This document shows positions 40,323 to 52,400 of a stretch of DNA of 64,000 nt, one piece after another. Every line of letters starts with the position of its first letter. Within the stretch, counting starts at the first letter, position 1. The translations under genes and the position numbers were made by a program. The DNA comes from Takakia lepidozioides (Eukaryota > Plantae > Bryophyta), in contig CM060731.1 in assembly GCA_030704615.1 (NCBI GenBank), positions 60,512,001 through 60,576,000 on the forward strand. Direction: 5' to 3'. Under the pieces are notes generated by a model. It was not told the origin of the DNA and made no database searches. It worked only from the letters and a program-made list of their open reading frames with translations.

Positions 40323-40334
40323 TGGTATCAGAGC
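40323..40334 (+). promoter_or_regulatory. Primer binding site complementary to the 3' end of initiator tRNA-Met
   Basis: TGGTATCAGAGC lies 2 nt after the 5' LTR. Confidence 0.93.
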
Positions 40335-40376
40335 TTAGAGTTCAGTACGCGATCGTCCTTGAGATCGGCCTCATCA

Positions 40377-43300
40377 TGGGGTTGGGCAAGACACAACGAA
40401 AGCGGAACGGCCCGAAAGATGATGATCCTGGTGAGCCCGATGGGGACGACGTGTTTCCGAAGCGGCAATCGGAAGAGGCGATTCATGCTTCTGAAAGCGA
40501 GGGCGCACAAGGACAAGAAGAATTTTGGAAGTCGGAGCCCGAGGACTCCCCAGAGGCTCCGCCAGACCAAGTACAGATGCCTCCCATGCCAGCAGCCTTT
40601 TATGAAGGGTTGTTGGCGCAGTTTGGCGGGACGTTGAAGGACGTGTTGGAGGCGGCTAATGCCACTTCCACTAAGGCAAAGTTTAAGGTGAAGCCTAAGG
40701 AACCCGGCACCTTCGAGGGCGTCCAAAATCGGAAGGCACTCAACACCTGACTCTTGGAGCTAGAGTAGTACTTCCGGGCGGCCAAGTTGAGTGATGAGGA
40801 TCGGGTGGAAGTGGCTCCCACCTATTTGAGGGGTTATGCACAACAATGGTTGCAGAAACGCCTTCATGACCAAGGTCCAAACCCAGAAATCTTGAGCTAG
40901 ACTGGGTTCAAGGAACTTATGAAAAGACAGTTTGTGCCCCTCAACGCGTCCTGGTTCGTCCGGGAGAAAATGAGGAATTTGAAGCAAACGGATGATATTC
41001 GGGGATATGTTCAAGCTTTCAATGTGCTGTTGCTCGAGGTCGTGGATATGACGGAACTAGAAATGGTCTTCAACTTTGTGGCGGGACTGGCCCCATGGGC
41101 CAGACGGAAGTTGGAGGAGAAGCCACCTAAGACTTTGAACGAGGCAATTGAAATGACTGAATGTTTCTCAGATGTCCCTAGGGGCGAAAGACAAGGCCAT
41201 ACGGAGCTAAACCACAAGAAGACTCGGCGGGAGGGTGACTCCTTCCGACTGGAAAATAAGTGGGATAGGCCACGCGGCGACAATGGCACATGGAAATCGA
41301 AGGGAGGGCCTTCACACGTCTAGGCGACACCCGGTGCTCCGAAAGGAAAATCAGGTGCGACGGCTTATGGCGGACAGAATGCGACCTTCAATGGAGTGTG
41401 CTTTAATTGTGGGGAGCCCGGGCACATGGCTAAGAAGTGCGCAAAGCCCCGTCATGACTCGGGTGACCACGGAGCTGTCCGAAGATTCCATCAGCCGCTT
41501 GGTGGAAGCGGTGGTCGCCAAGACTTGCAAGGTAGGCAACTACTCTTGTGAGTTGTACCGGGAGACTGGCCCCTTGCGTAAAGGGAGTCAGTTAATGTTC
41601 GTGAGTGGGATAATTTCCGAAACTAACGTGTCGTTGTTGGTGGATACAGGAGCGTCGCACTCCTTCATGACACCGGCAATGGCATGGAAGCTGGGGCTCC
41701 CGACAAGTGATGTGGGGCCTCCATTGAAGTGCGCTCGGCCAAAAGAGAACCACAATTGGCGACGAGGTTAGCGTTCGATATTCCTCTTTAGCTCGGGAAT
41801 TGGGAAGGACATGAGAACTTCACCATTTGCGAGATCGATGGAGTGGATCTCATTTTGGGGATGACCTTTTTGAGCAAATCCGGAGCGGTCATAGATGGCC
41901 GCAAGAGAATAGTCACGTTACCGTGTGGGAATAGTGGCGAAGTGTTACGGGTGTCGGAAACGCCCAACCGAGTGAGAGGGCGAATAAACCTTTTGTCAGC
42001 AAAGGAATGGGCTGTGGAGGAGCCACACGAACCCCAGTATTTGCTTTACATAAGACAAGTGGAAGGAGAAGTCGATAGGGAGCCGAGCCCAGATTGGATC
42101 AAGGAGATCTTGGAGAAATACCAGGATGTGATGTCGGAGGATTTACCAAGCAGCTTGCCACCGCAAAGAGGAGTTGACCACAAGATTGAGGTGATATCGG
42201 GATTGGAGCCGCCTGCCAAGGCGCCCTACCGGTTGAGCCACAGAGAGTTGGTCGAGCTGAAGGCTCAGCTCAAAGATCTAATGTCAAATGGTACATCCGG
42301 CCGAGTAAATCACCTTACGGAGCCCCGGTGCTATTCGCAGACAAGAAGGATGGGACGCTACGAATGTGTATCGATTACAGGGCTCTGAATAAAGTAACTA
42401 TAAAAAACCGGTACCCTTTGCCAAGGATCAACGACCTCTTTGATCGGTTGGCAGGAGCGAAGTATTTCCGCCGGATCGATTTGCGCTCCGGCTACCTTCA
42501 AATTTGAGTGGCGGAAGGAGATGAGGAGAAGACCGCGTGCATGACAAGATATGGTTCATATGAGTTCTTGGTGATGCCTTTTGGGCTCACCAATGCACCT
42601 GCAACCTTTAACACGCTAATGAACAGCCTTTTCCAGGAGTGGTTGGATGACTTTGTGATCGTGTACATCGACGACATCTTGGTGTACTTGAAAACAAATG
42701 AAGAGCACCTGAAGCACCTCAAAAGAGTGTTCCAGAAACTTCGGGAAGGGAAGCTGTATGCCAAGGCTTGAAAGTGCGAATTCGGGGTCACAAAAGTGGA
42801 GTTCCTAGGGCATGTGATTACACAAGATGGGATCCATTGTGAGGGCGATCTTGGACTGGGAGCCTCCGACTTCAGTCCCGGGAGTGCGATCCTTTCTATG
42901 ACTCGCCTCCTATTACCGAAAGTATGTGAGAAATTTCGCCAAAATCGCGGGGCCGTTGTCGGACCTTCTGTGTAAGTCCAAGGTATGGGTATGGAATACC
43001 TTTTGTGGCCAAGCTTTTGCCGAGTTGAAGCAGCGGATGGCGGAAGCTCTTGTCCTGAAAATCCCGGAGTTCGACCGTCCATTTGAGATTCATACAGATG
43101 CGTCGGACTTCGCAATTGGGGGTGTGCTAATGCAGGATGGACTTCCAGTGGCTTACAAAAGTAAGAAACCGAATGAAGTGGAGCGAAGGTGGCCTACGCA
43201 CAAGAAAAAAATGAAGGCAATGGTGCATTGCCTTGAGCTTTGGCGCCACTATGTTGGTTCCAACCCGGTGAAGGTGTTCACGGACAATGTCACGGTGAAG

Positions 43301-44919
43301 TATTTTGCCACGCAGCCTAAGTTGTCCCCAAAACAACTTAGATGGCAAAACACTTTGGCAGTGTTCGATGTGGATATCCAGTACAAACCGGGATGGGACA
43401 ATGTGGTGACCGATGCTTTAAGTAGAAAGCAGCAGCTCATGTTGGTGTACAAGGGCAAGACGGCGCTCCAAAGGAAGATCCGGAAGGCTTACCGGAAGGA
43501 TGAGATGGTGAAATCCGTGATGCGGGACTTGAAGATGGGGGTGAAATCGCAGTTCCACTTGCACAATGGACTGCTCCGGTACAAGCAAAAGCGTCTCTAC
43601 GTGTCGAAGGGAAGGATCAGAGATAGTCTCTTGAGAGAATGCCACGATGGCCCGCTTGCGGGCCACAGCGGAGCCAAGCGCACCGCGACACTTTTGAAGA
43701 AAGAATATTTTTGGCCCAAACTGAGGGAGGAGGCCGAGGAGTATGTCAAGACATGCACCACATGCCAACAAAACCGGAGCGAGTACAAAAAATAAGCGGG
43801 GCTGTTACAACCTTTGCTGATTCCAGAGGTGTCGTGGGAAAGTGTCTCGATGGATTTCATGACTGCTATGCCGTTGTCAAAAGGATTCGATGCAATCATG
43901 GTGGTGGTGGTGGATAGGTTCAGTAAAATGAGTCATTTCATTCCTACCAATGAGACGACAATGGCATAGGAGACGGGGCGACTTTACTTCGCTCACGTCT
44001 TCAAGCATCATGGACTTCCGGAGGATATTGTCTCGGACCGCGACCCAAAGTTTACAAGTAAATTTTGGAGGGCACTTTGGAAGAAAATAGGGACGAGGCT
44101 CAAGATGAGCACCGCTTTCCGACCTACGACGGACGGCCAAACGGAAAGAGTGAATTCCGTGGTGAAGCAGATCTTGCGGAAGTATGTGTTGGCAGACCAA
44201 TCAGACTGGGTGGAGCACTTGAATGCAACAGAGTTATGTTATAATAACACAAACACTCCACAACGGGAGTTTCCCCTTTTGTATTGGTCTATGGAAAAGC
44301 ACCTCTGGTGCCGACAAGTTGGGCCGCCCAGGACGTTGAGGAACCGGCAGCAGCAGTGGTGCTGGAAGAATGCGAGCGTTTGTTGGAGCTCGTAAAATAT
44401 AACATTGCCAAATCTAGGAAATGGTATGAACGGTAGGCGAATTGGAAGCGGAGGGAAGTTAAGTTTGAGGCAGGCACGGAGGTCTGGTTGAACATCAAGA
44501 ATTTCCGACTACCTCCGGAAGTGAGTCCGAAGTTCGTACCTCCGTATGTGGGGCCCTTTCGCATCTGAAAGGTTATGAATGAGGATGTGTATGAATTGGA
44601 GCTGCCGGCAAACATCAAGGTGCATCCAGTATTCCACGTCTCCCTTTTGAAGCCTTACTTCAAAGATGAAGCGCGCCCGAATCGGCATCAAGTGTTGCGT
44701 CCGCCACATGTGCTGTTGGATCATGAAAATGAACCTGAGTACGAGGTGGAGGCAGTGCTTAAGTCGAGGAGGGTCAAGAATCAAGAAACAGAGTATCTCG
44801 TGAAATGGAAGGGCTATCATCAAGTGAAGACAACTTGGGTGCGTGCCTCAGAAATGGGAAACGCATCCGAGGCGGTTGCAGCTTTCGAAGGGCGAACTCA
44901 AAAGCGGAAGAAGCGTTGA
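40377..44919 (+). pseudogene. Disrupted gag-pol of the chromovirus (gag, PR, RT, RH, INT, chromodomain)
   Basis: ORF fragments 40322-40750, 40919-41323, 41235-41771, 41843-42388, 42508-42771, 42926-43795, 44105-44395 and 44575-44919 carry the domains in gypsy order. Confidence 0.95.
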
Positions 44920-45872
44920 TGGGGACATCAACCTTGGATCGTGGGGGAGGAAATGCATGCTTAGCCTGGCTTAGCTAGGCTTAGCTAGCTTGGGAATCCG
45001 ATTGCAAAAACTTGTGTTGTACAAATTTTGTTATAAATGAAATGGTTTCCAAATGTTGTGCTGCTGTTCTTGGTGTGAGTTTGATCCACAGAATATCCTT
45101 TGGAATCCAATTCTTTACCAGTACAAGCTCTTCATGCATATGAGCTTGATGGATAGCAATTCTATCACATAAACCAGTTGTGTGGAATGGTGATGCATGG
45201 TATGGTTGGCTAGTATGTAGAATGTATGCTAGCTTACAAAAGTGAGAGAGGTAAATTGGATTAATCGTGTGTTTGCGCAGTGCCCAAATCAGGTGACTCC
45301 CATCCAAGGGGCAAGAAAACTTGCGTTTTTTTTTGGAGTTCACGTGCTAGTGCGCACCTGGCGCGTGCGCGTACTATAACTGCGCTACCGAGGGGGTTGT
45401 CTTGTAGTGCGGACTAATGCGGAAGCTACGTGCTTCTGTTCACATACTATAATCGTGTAACCTCGGGACAAAGTTGTAGTGCGGCTTCGGCGTGTTCCCG
45501 TACCTCAGGCTAGCATTCCAAGGCGGACCCAATTGTAGTGATTGAGGCGCAGGATTGGTTCAAGTTTGTCTTCCTAGTCAAAAAGGGTTCAAGGTAAACC
45601 CTTGCTCAAGATGATGCCAAAAGAGGCATCATGAGCGGTCCAAGAAGAGTGCACTGGGTGAAGCTTGAAGGCTCCACCCTTGGCTGGGACTTGGAGGAAG
45701 TTGGCCGAACTAGCTAGTGGAGAGTAGCGTCAAGTGGGGGGTTTGGTTCTTTGCCATGGGACGCCATGGTATGGAAACAAACTCCTTGATGTTGGACGCC
45801 ACAACTTGGATGTTAGTTTCTACAAAATGGACAAGTCGATGAGGACATCGACTCCCTGTTGGTATGGGTGTA

Positions 45873-46595
45873 TGTCGCGGCCCGTCGCCTTGAGGGCAGG
45901 GGGTCGGGACACAAGAGGGGCTGCCCTTGTGGTGGGGGCAGTGACAACAATAGGTACGGGGGCTAAAGCACCCTTGAGTGCCCAAGGCACTCAAGGAGGC
46001 GGAGGCGCTCACTAGGTGGAGCCCCGCACACCGGGTTGCGGTGGGGGTGATTCCACGAGGGGTGGTGGTAGCTTTAGTGGGTCTTAGTGGGGGTGGCATA
46101 GGACTCACCATGGGGCGGAGACCTTGTGGTGGGAGTCGTGGGAAGTCTTGGGACTCATCACGGTTCGATGGGGCCGTGGTGGGTGGGCCAAGACTCACCG
46201 CGACTCATCACCGGGAATCGAGGGTCTTCGTGGTGGTTCGCCATAAAATGATTGGGTTGTTTGTGAAACCCCTGCGAACAGTCACAGAAGTATATATATG
46301 GAGTAGTAACCCCGAGAGTGCAAGCCCGTTGGTGACCAAAAACTAGTGAATAATCGTGCGAGCCGGAAAGCGACCAAGGTGTGGGGAGCTGTTCCGGACT
46401 GCCAACAACCAAAGGGAATTTCCACTAGGCCCAAATTGAGAGAGGGTCTCGTGGAGGAGTAAAGGGGGACCGTTATGTCCCGGTGAGCAGTCGAAGCTCC
46501 GAGTTGGCCCGACGGCCAGTTTGGGAGTTAGGCGCGTGCATCAAAGCAAGTAACTATGACTTGAAGGGGACCTTACCGAAGTGAGGTGCGCGACA
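45873..46595 (+). repeat. 3' LTR
   Basis: Direct repeat of 39597-40320 with scattered substitutions and small indels. Confidence 0.95.
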
Positions 46596-49163
46596 TCTAT
46601 CTTCGTGCCCACAATCTTTGGACCCTGTGGAAAGTTAGATGATTTTTTATTTTTGAAGGGAAATGCCCCAGCATTAAGTTATTGTTACATATGTTGTTTT
46701 CCGACCTAATGACTGAGGGGCGCAAGGCTTGGGTGTCTTTGCAAAAACAGCTTCTTCCATGTGTAGCAAAAGGAGGCGTCGAAAACTTCTCTCCACCTTC
46801 GATCTCACCTAGACTGAGGACAATTGCCTTTGCACCCGTTTTTCCGAAACAGTCGTCTCATGGCATGATGGGGACCCCCCCAATTGGAAAATATTCAGGT
46901 GACACGGACAACCCCGAGATCAATTTGCACCATCAAAAGAATCGTTCTTCCAAGATGAAAGCTCAGTTAGATTTTGGAGATGCATAGAGTGTTCATTTGG
47001 GCCTTGCTTTTGGTTTCCACTCCTCTCCTTCAGCTTCCTACCATTATGCCTTGCGACCTTTGCTCGTTTGGCTGGGCTTTTGTCGGGACTTTTGTTCTCC
47101 CCTACATCTTCTTCTCCCTCCTTCCTTGGTTACCGGGTGTTTCCCGTGTGTTTAGCTTTATGGCCCTGTTGGAGTTATTTTTTCCTCTTGTTGGATCCCC
47201 TCTTTTTAATAATACGATCCCAAGGTCTCTGTCCATGTTTCATTAAATAAATAATATACCACTGGTTGATAACTGTCAGCAAATTCAAAATCCTTCATCT
47301 ATGGAGAACCGACGGACATTAACATTTTGGGAGTATTCTAATAGTCTGGAATCGGCTGGTATTGAACAGTAGAAATATTTCAATACCAGGTCCTAGCTGG
47401 TATTAAAGAAAGTAATACAAGCCCAACACTGGCAAATACCAGATTTTCAGGACCAATATATGAACATGCCATATCAAAGGCCCTATAAGTGGATGGATGA
47501 TTGCAGATAAAATAATCGCACAATGACGTCTTCAAGGTGAATTTCCACTTCGCACATTTGTTAATTATACTAGGGTAGCCTATGTGTGTGCCGTTGGCCC
47601 AAGTGTCCAGTGTCATCTAAGTCCAAGTGCAATCCCCTATGTATCAAAGTGCGTCTCCTATATGGAGGCCCAAATGCAACCTCTAGGGTAGCCTTTGCCC
47701 TTGGCCCAAGTGTCCAAGGTCACCTAAGTAAGTTTTTTTCCACATAGCCTACGACCAGATTTGAACCGGAGACCTTTCCCTTGATATCTCTTCCGTCGAG
47801 GCTCCAACCTTTGTCCCAGGAATGCCCACTTTTCGATTTTTGCTATTTTTGGTGAATTTCCAGCGACCAAAAGTACTTGAAATTCCAAATCTCCCACGTG
47901 AAAGGCCAATCACTGCTCCAGAAAGCCCACTTTGCTATTTTTCCTGAATTCCAGCGACCAAAAGTACTCAGAATTCCACATCTCCCACACCGCGGGTCCA
48001 AAAATCATGAGACCAAGCTGGTGCACCTCATCGAGGGCTTTCCAACGGCACCAAGCACCGGGGTTGGGGCCCGCGGTTTGGGAGATCTCAACGACGCCAC
48101 AAACAAAACAAAACAAAACAAAACAAACGTCTCGCTTCATATATTGATCATACAAGGCTTAGGTTTTTCTTCAAATAGCTCAATTACAATTTAAGGAGTT
48201 GTTCTCAATTTCTTTAATTAAATGAATGTTTTAAATTTCAGCTGTTCTTAGGCCACTCACAATGTAATTATGCACCATCCATACGAAGATTTTGTACATG
48301 TGGATGTCGTGAACAAATTCTCTTGTGGCATGTTGAACTTCATTCAGTTCGATTTGGATGCAATGCTGTGAAGTAAGTTAATCCTTTTCTTATTCATCAA
48401 AAGGATGTACTTAGTTTTCTTCGTCCAAACATACTACAACCCAAAATAAAACAGTCGTTGTTTCTTTTTTTCTTTTCTTTTAATTTTTTTAATAAAACAG
48501 CCTGGGACAGAGGCCCTGATAACATATTGGGCACAGAACGGAGGAAATTTTTTGTTACTGGGTCACTGAGTGTTCAATCAATCTGGTTGGTTCTCAATAG
48601 TTTAATTTTTAGCAATTAAATAATGAGCCAATCAATTGGTCAATGGTCAAGAAGCTTGAAATGGTCATACAAGAATTCCCAACACGTTGCGAGCGCATCA
48701 ATCTAATTGATGAAGGATGCGCACATGTATTGCAATGAAAAATGGCCCAGCGGTTAGGTTACAAAAATCGTAAGTGTCATGGGTTCAAAGCCAAAAAGGG
48801 ATGGTTGCTTGATCAAACAATCCCTGGAGTCAACTTGGAGACTTTTTGGGGTCATTGGAAGCAATGGCATGGCCGCCCTTGTAGTAATTAGAAGGTGCCC
48901 ATCTTCAAATTGGTAAGCAATAAGGGCCCAGGTTTGTGATGTGAAGATTAGAGGTGGTCCAGGAATTAAAAAGCAGGGGTTACAGTAAGCTACACAAGGA
49001 TTCGGACCGTCATGTTAGGGGGTAAGAAAAAAGAAGGCAGAAAGGTGAGAGCTATTAAATTGGGGATGGTTCATGCGCGAAATTGGGGTAAAAGGGTATC
49101 ACTGGCGGTTTTTTAGGGGTGACATATGTCCCAGGGTTCTAGAAGGGTCCCACAGCTTGTAGC

Positions 49164-49400
49164 CCTTCAACATGTAGTGATTAGAATGTGTCCATATTCC
49201 AAATGGAAAGCAGTGAGTCCTTCAAGATGTAGTAATTAGAAGGTGTCCATATTCCAAATGGAAAGCAGTAAGTGAGTCCTTCAAGATGTAGTAATTAGAA
49301 GGTGTCCATCTTCCAAATGGAAAGCAGTAAGTTAGTCCTTCAAGATGTAGTAATTAGAAGGTGTCCATCTTCCAAATGGAAATCAATAGCCCTTCAAGAT
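49164..49400. repeat. Minisatellite, about 4 copies of a 54-59 bp unit (CCTTCAAGATGTAGTAATTAGAAGGTGTCCAT.TTCCAAATGGAAAGCAGTAAGTGAGT)
   Basis: Units start at 49164, 49219, 49278, 49337 and 49391. A diverged monomer lies at about 48875-48925. Confidence 0.92.
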
Positions 49401-52400
49401 AAAGTGACGCCAATAGGGTTGCTTTGGCAAGAGTCAACCTTTTCTTAGATGGTACTTCAACTGCTGACACTTTCTGGCATCCCCCTTTTTTCCTTACTTA
49501 CATTTGTCCAATCATTTGTGGACTACCACGTAAGAGAGTTTTGCATTATCTTGGTGTTGAATAGTCACATCAACTACAGGGCATCTTGTCAATTTCTCTT
49601 ACAAACAAGCACCCTACATTAAAACAACAAATAGAAAGAAGGTTGACTCCTGCCTAAGCAAGCATACAAATATTATAGTGTCTCTCCCCCAATACTTGAG
49701 TCCATTAGGAAGATGGAATCCCTGTGTGTGTGTGTATATATCACAAAGGCCGCCGGCCGCAGCTATCATACCCACATGGTGTTTAGTAATGTAGGGACTA
49801 GGGACATGTATGTATATATATATATATATATATATATGCATAAGAATGTGAGTGTGCAGAGTAACCAATGTGTTGGGGGTGCTGCTGCAAGTTGTCGTCT
49901 TCCTTCCACTTGCCCGCACGATTGGTGCTACAGTGTGTGGGGAGGGGGTGGAGCCCATGCAGAGTGGGAGAGATGGCAGGACTACCTAGTGTTGCCACAC
50001 CTTTTGGAGCACATGGGGGCCCTTGTTATGTCGTTTGATTGTCGTTGGCCTCTCATCATTCTATCGCAGCCCCACTGTACCGTCCATAATTTATTGAGTA
50101 AACAGTAAGACTCACACTGTGTGTATCTCTAACCACCCTTACCTACTACTCTTCCTCTGGATTGTACAGCAACAGGCCACCATTGCTAGCCATGGAAGAT
50201 AATCTACACTGACTGTAGTTTACCGCTTAGTATGGACAGGCTTTTTTGTTAGTGGGCACTTTGTAACAGGCATTTCCTTGACCACGGAGATTAGTTGATT
50301 CTGAGAGAGAGAGTTGAACGTAGGGTGGGACCGGCATCACATCTCATACTAGACTGATGCAACCCGGCCCACCCACTGTTTGTATTGTACCCCCACCTTG
50401 GATAGCAGTCTGGCCAAGCAAACAAAGCTTTTGTTACAGAGCTTTGCTTCGTGGTGGATTTTGTAGGATTCGAGGGTGCCACGCGCCGCCACTTATTCCT
50501 TGCGCAGCGCCGACCATTTCATGCGAAGATATGAGATATTGTTGAGAGAGAGAACCTGGACTACTTAACTACACCCATCCATATATGCACAAGTGCCAAG
50601 CTTTGACACCCCCAATACTGGAGTTTTCCAATGCCAGAACAGCTGGAGTCCGTCTTCCACACGGATGGCCGCTGCTACCTCTATGTGGGTTCTCGGGGAA
50701 AGCTCCGAGCTCCAGTTTATTACACAGTGACAAGTTACTTAAAGCTAAGAAACCAGCAGCAGAAGTGAAGGTTGCAATCCAGTGATGCTCTTAGTGACCA
50801 ACATCCCGAACCCATAATGGATGAGGAAGATTCGAGATCCAGAATGTTCCACAGCGTGAAGGAAAATGGTATCTGTGAGGCATCTGTTTGAGCCTTTTAC
50901 TGTCGCAGGATTCTTTTCCCGAAACAGAAACGGCACCAAAATGAAACCAAATCTGCACAAGTACCACTTCGAGATTTTTACTCAGATGAGATCTGAAGTT
51001 GGATAGAATGTTGGTGCATTGCTGTAAGACAGTCAGCGATCGGCTAGAAAAAGAATGAGCATCTATCTTGACTGGGTCAAATGCTTCAGGTCCAAGATTA
51101 TAGTCTCCCTCGGCTACCTCTACAATTTAATAGTTCCCATGTCTAAACTATCATTCTTTGTGCCATGATCCAATCTAATAATTTGCATGGCTTATCAATC
51201 TTGACAAGCTCAATTTATTTGAGTCTAGAATCTCAGTGCGGGGGCCTCCACGCGGACCCCCATAGAATTGCATGAAGGAACATGTCTTGCGCAGGTTGAA
51301 AGGGGCCCAGTGAGGCCGTCATCACACTTTCGGTACTCCGCCGAGGTATGTACTGCTCACTTCCGTCATCTCGTGAGGATAAACCAACCTGAGGCTTTTT
51401 ATTAATGTGGTGGATGCAACCCATCCGGCAGGATTTCCTTTTCGGGAAAGCCTGACAAGTCGATAGATCATCTTGTCAATAAAAAGCAAAACTGACATAT
51501 GTATTATGTGGGCAATGAATCCACGACGATGCCTTTGCTCAACCGCATCACACCAAATTTCGTGGTGGATCTATCTAGTGCCCATAACTATCCCCAGTGA
51601 GGAGGTGGTGCACGCCCATCCATGGTTAACTTATAGTTGCAAGAAAACAAGCTAGTATACTAGTGCCAGTGTTCTCTCGGGATACTACGGTACAAACTTT
51701 GCTGCAATGCTGTCTAGGTTCGGAATGTGTGGAAGATCAATTAGTGTACGAACATGATGATGAAAAAAAAGAAGGAGAATGGAATGACATGTCAGATCCC
51801 CGTCAGATGAGACTCGCGAGGATCGCGCGCACTGACGGGCACTACGGCCGCTCGAGGATCGCCTCGATTCGTGCCAGGCGCCGTGTCTCCTGCCCTGTTT
51901 TATGGCCCATTCTTCTTTTTCCTTGTACGCCAAATAAGTTTAGACCCACAATATGGTCTTGCCACGGAAGCTTGGCAATGTTCTTTGCGGCATTTTTTGG
52001 TTGGAGTGCATCATAACCCTTCTTTTTGCTTTCCAATGTCTGCCTCAATTTGGGTATATCCTAGTTTCCTTTGAAACAACAACCTTTGGGGCATTCCTTG
52101 TCATAGCAAGGTCCCGGGAAGCAGCTGCCAGGAAGGAAGCAAGAAGCTGCAAGCTGCCAAGGATTGGCGTGAATGAAGGAATCAGTGAGGATCCGACCCC
52201 CAACGAGTGTAAAAGTCCTCGCAGGGTGCATTGAGTGCACTTCTTACGATTCTGCATTTCTACAACCTTCCGAATGTCTGCTGTGGGCCCCTCGGATCTG
52301 GCTGCAAATTATATCTCCATTGGTAGTTCTACAATAACATCATTCTACAGACTAATTTCAATATACAAACGCACATACCTACTACAGAGTTACGACACCT

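Larger units (their letters stand above)
39597..46595 (+). mobile_element. Full-length but inactivated Ty3/gypsy chromovirus LTR retrotransposon
   Basis: LTRs 39597-40320 and 45873-46595 (about 724 bp, TGTCG...CGACA). PBS TGGTATCAGAGC. gag with CCHC knuckle CFNCGEPGHMAKKC, protease LVDTGASHSF, RT YIDDIL, RNase H (TDASDFAIGGVL), integrase H2C2 plus core, and chromodomain EYEVEAVL...EYLVKWKGY...TTW. Many stops and frameshifts. Confidence 0.97.
37690..47250 (+). mobile_element. Decayed L1-like LINE ORF2 (RT C-terminus and zf-RVT region), split by the gypsy insertion into about 37690-39596 and 46596-47250
   Basis: Remnant motifs FCLASG...VKWNKS, LIKNFIW...SWAQLCRPIKEGGLGIL...LMAKWL and DWKVVWKDIWMKHCIAKLKDFLW before the gypsy. 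LWTLWKVR*FFIFEG follows it directly. An A-rich tail lies near 47245. Confidence 0.75.

Noticed and set aside
39365-46412. Paired similar ORFs (39365-39736/45710-46198 and 39882-40136/46158-46412) suggesting duplicated genes
   Set aside because: They arise from the two GC-rich LTR copies and have no protein motifs.
49164-49400. CRISPR-like regular repeats
   Set aside because: Units are head-to-tail with no unique spacers, there are no cas genes, and the context is eukaryotic. It is a minisatellite.
52110-52190. Partial resemblance to miR167/miR169 (AGCTGCCA, GCCAAGGAT)
   Set aside because: Only 8-9 nt matches and no convincing fold-back partner.
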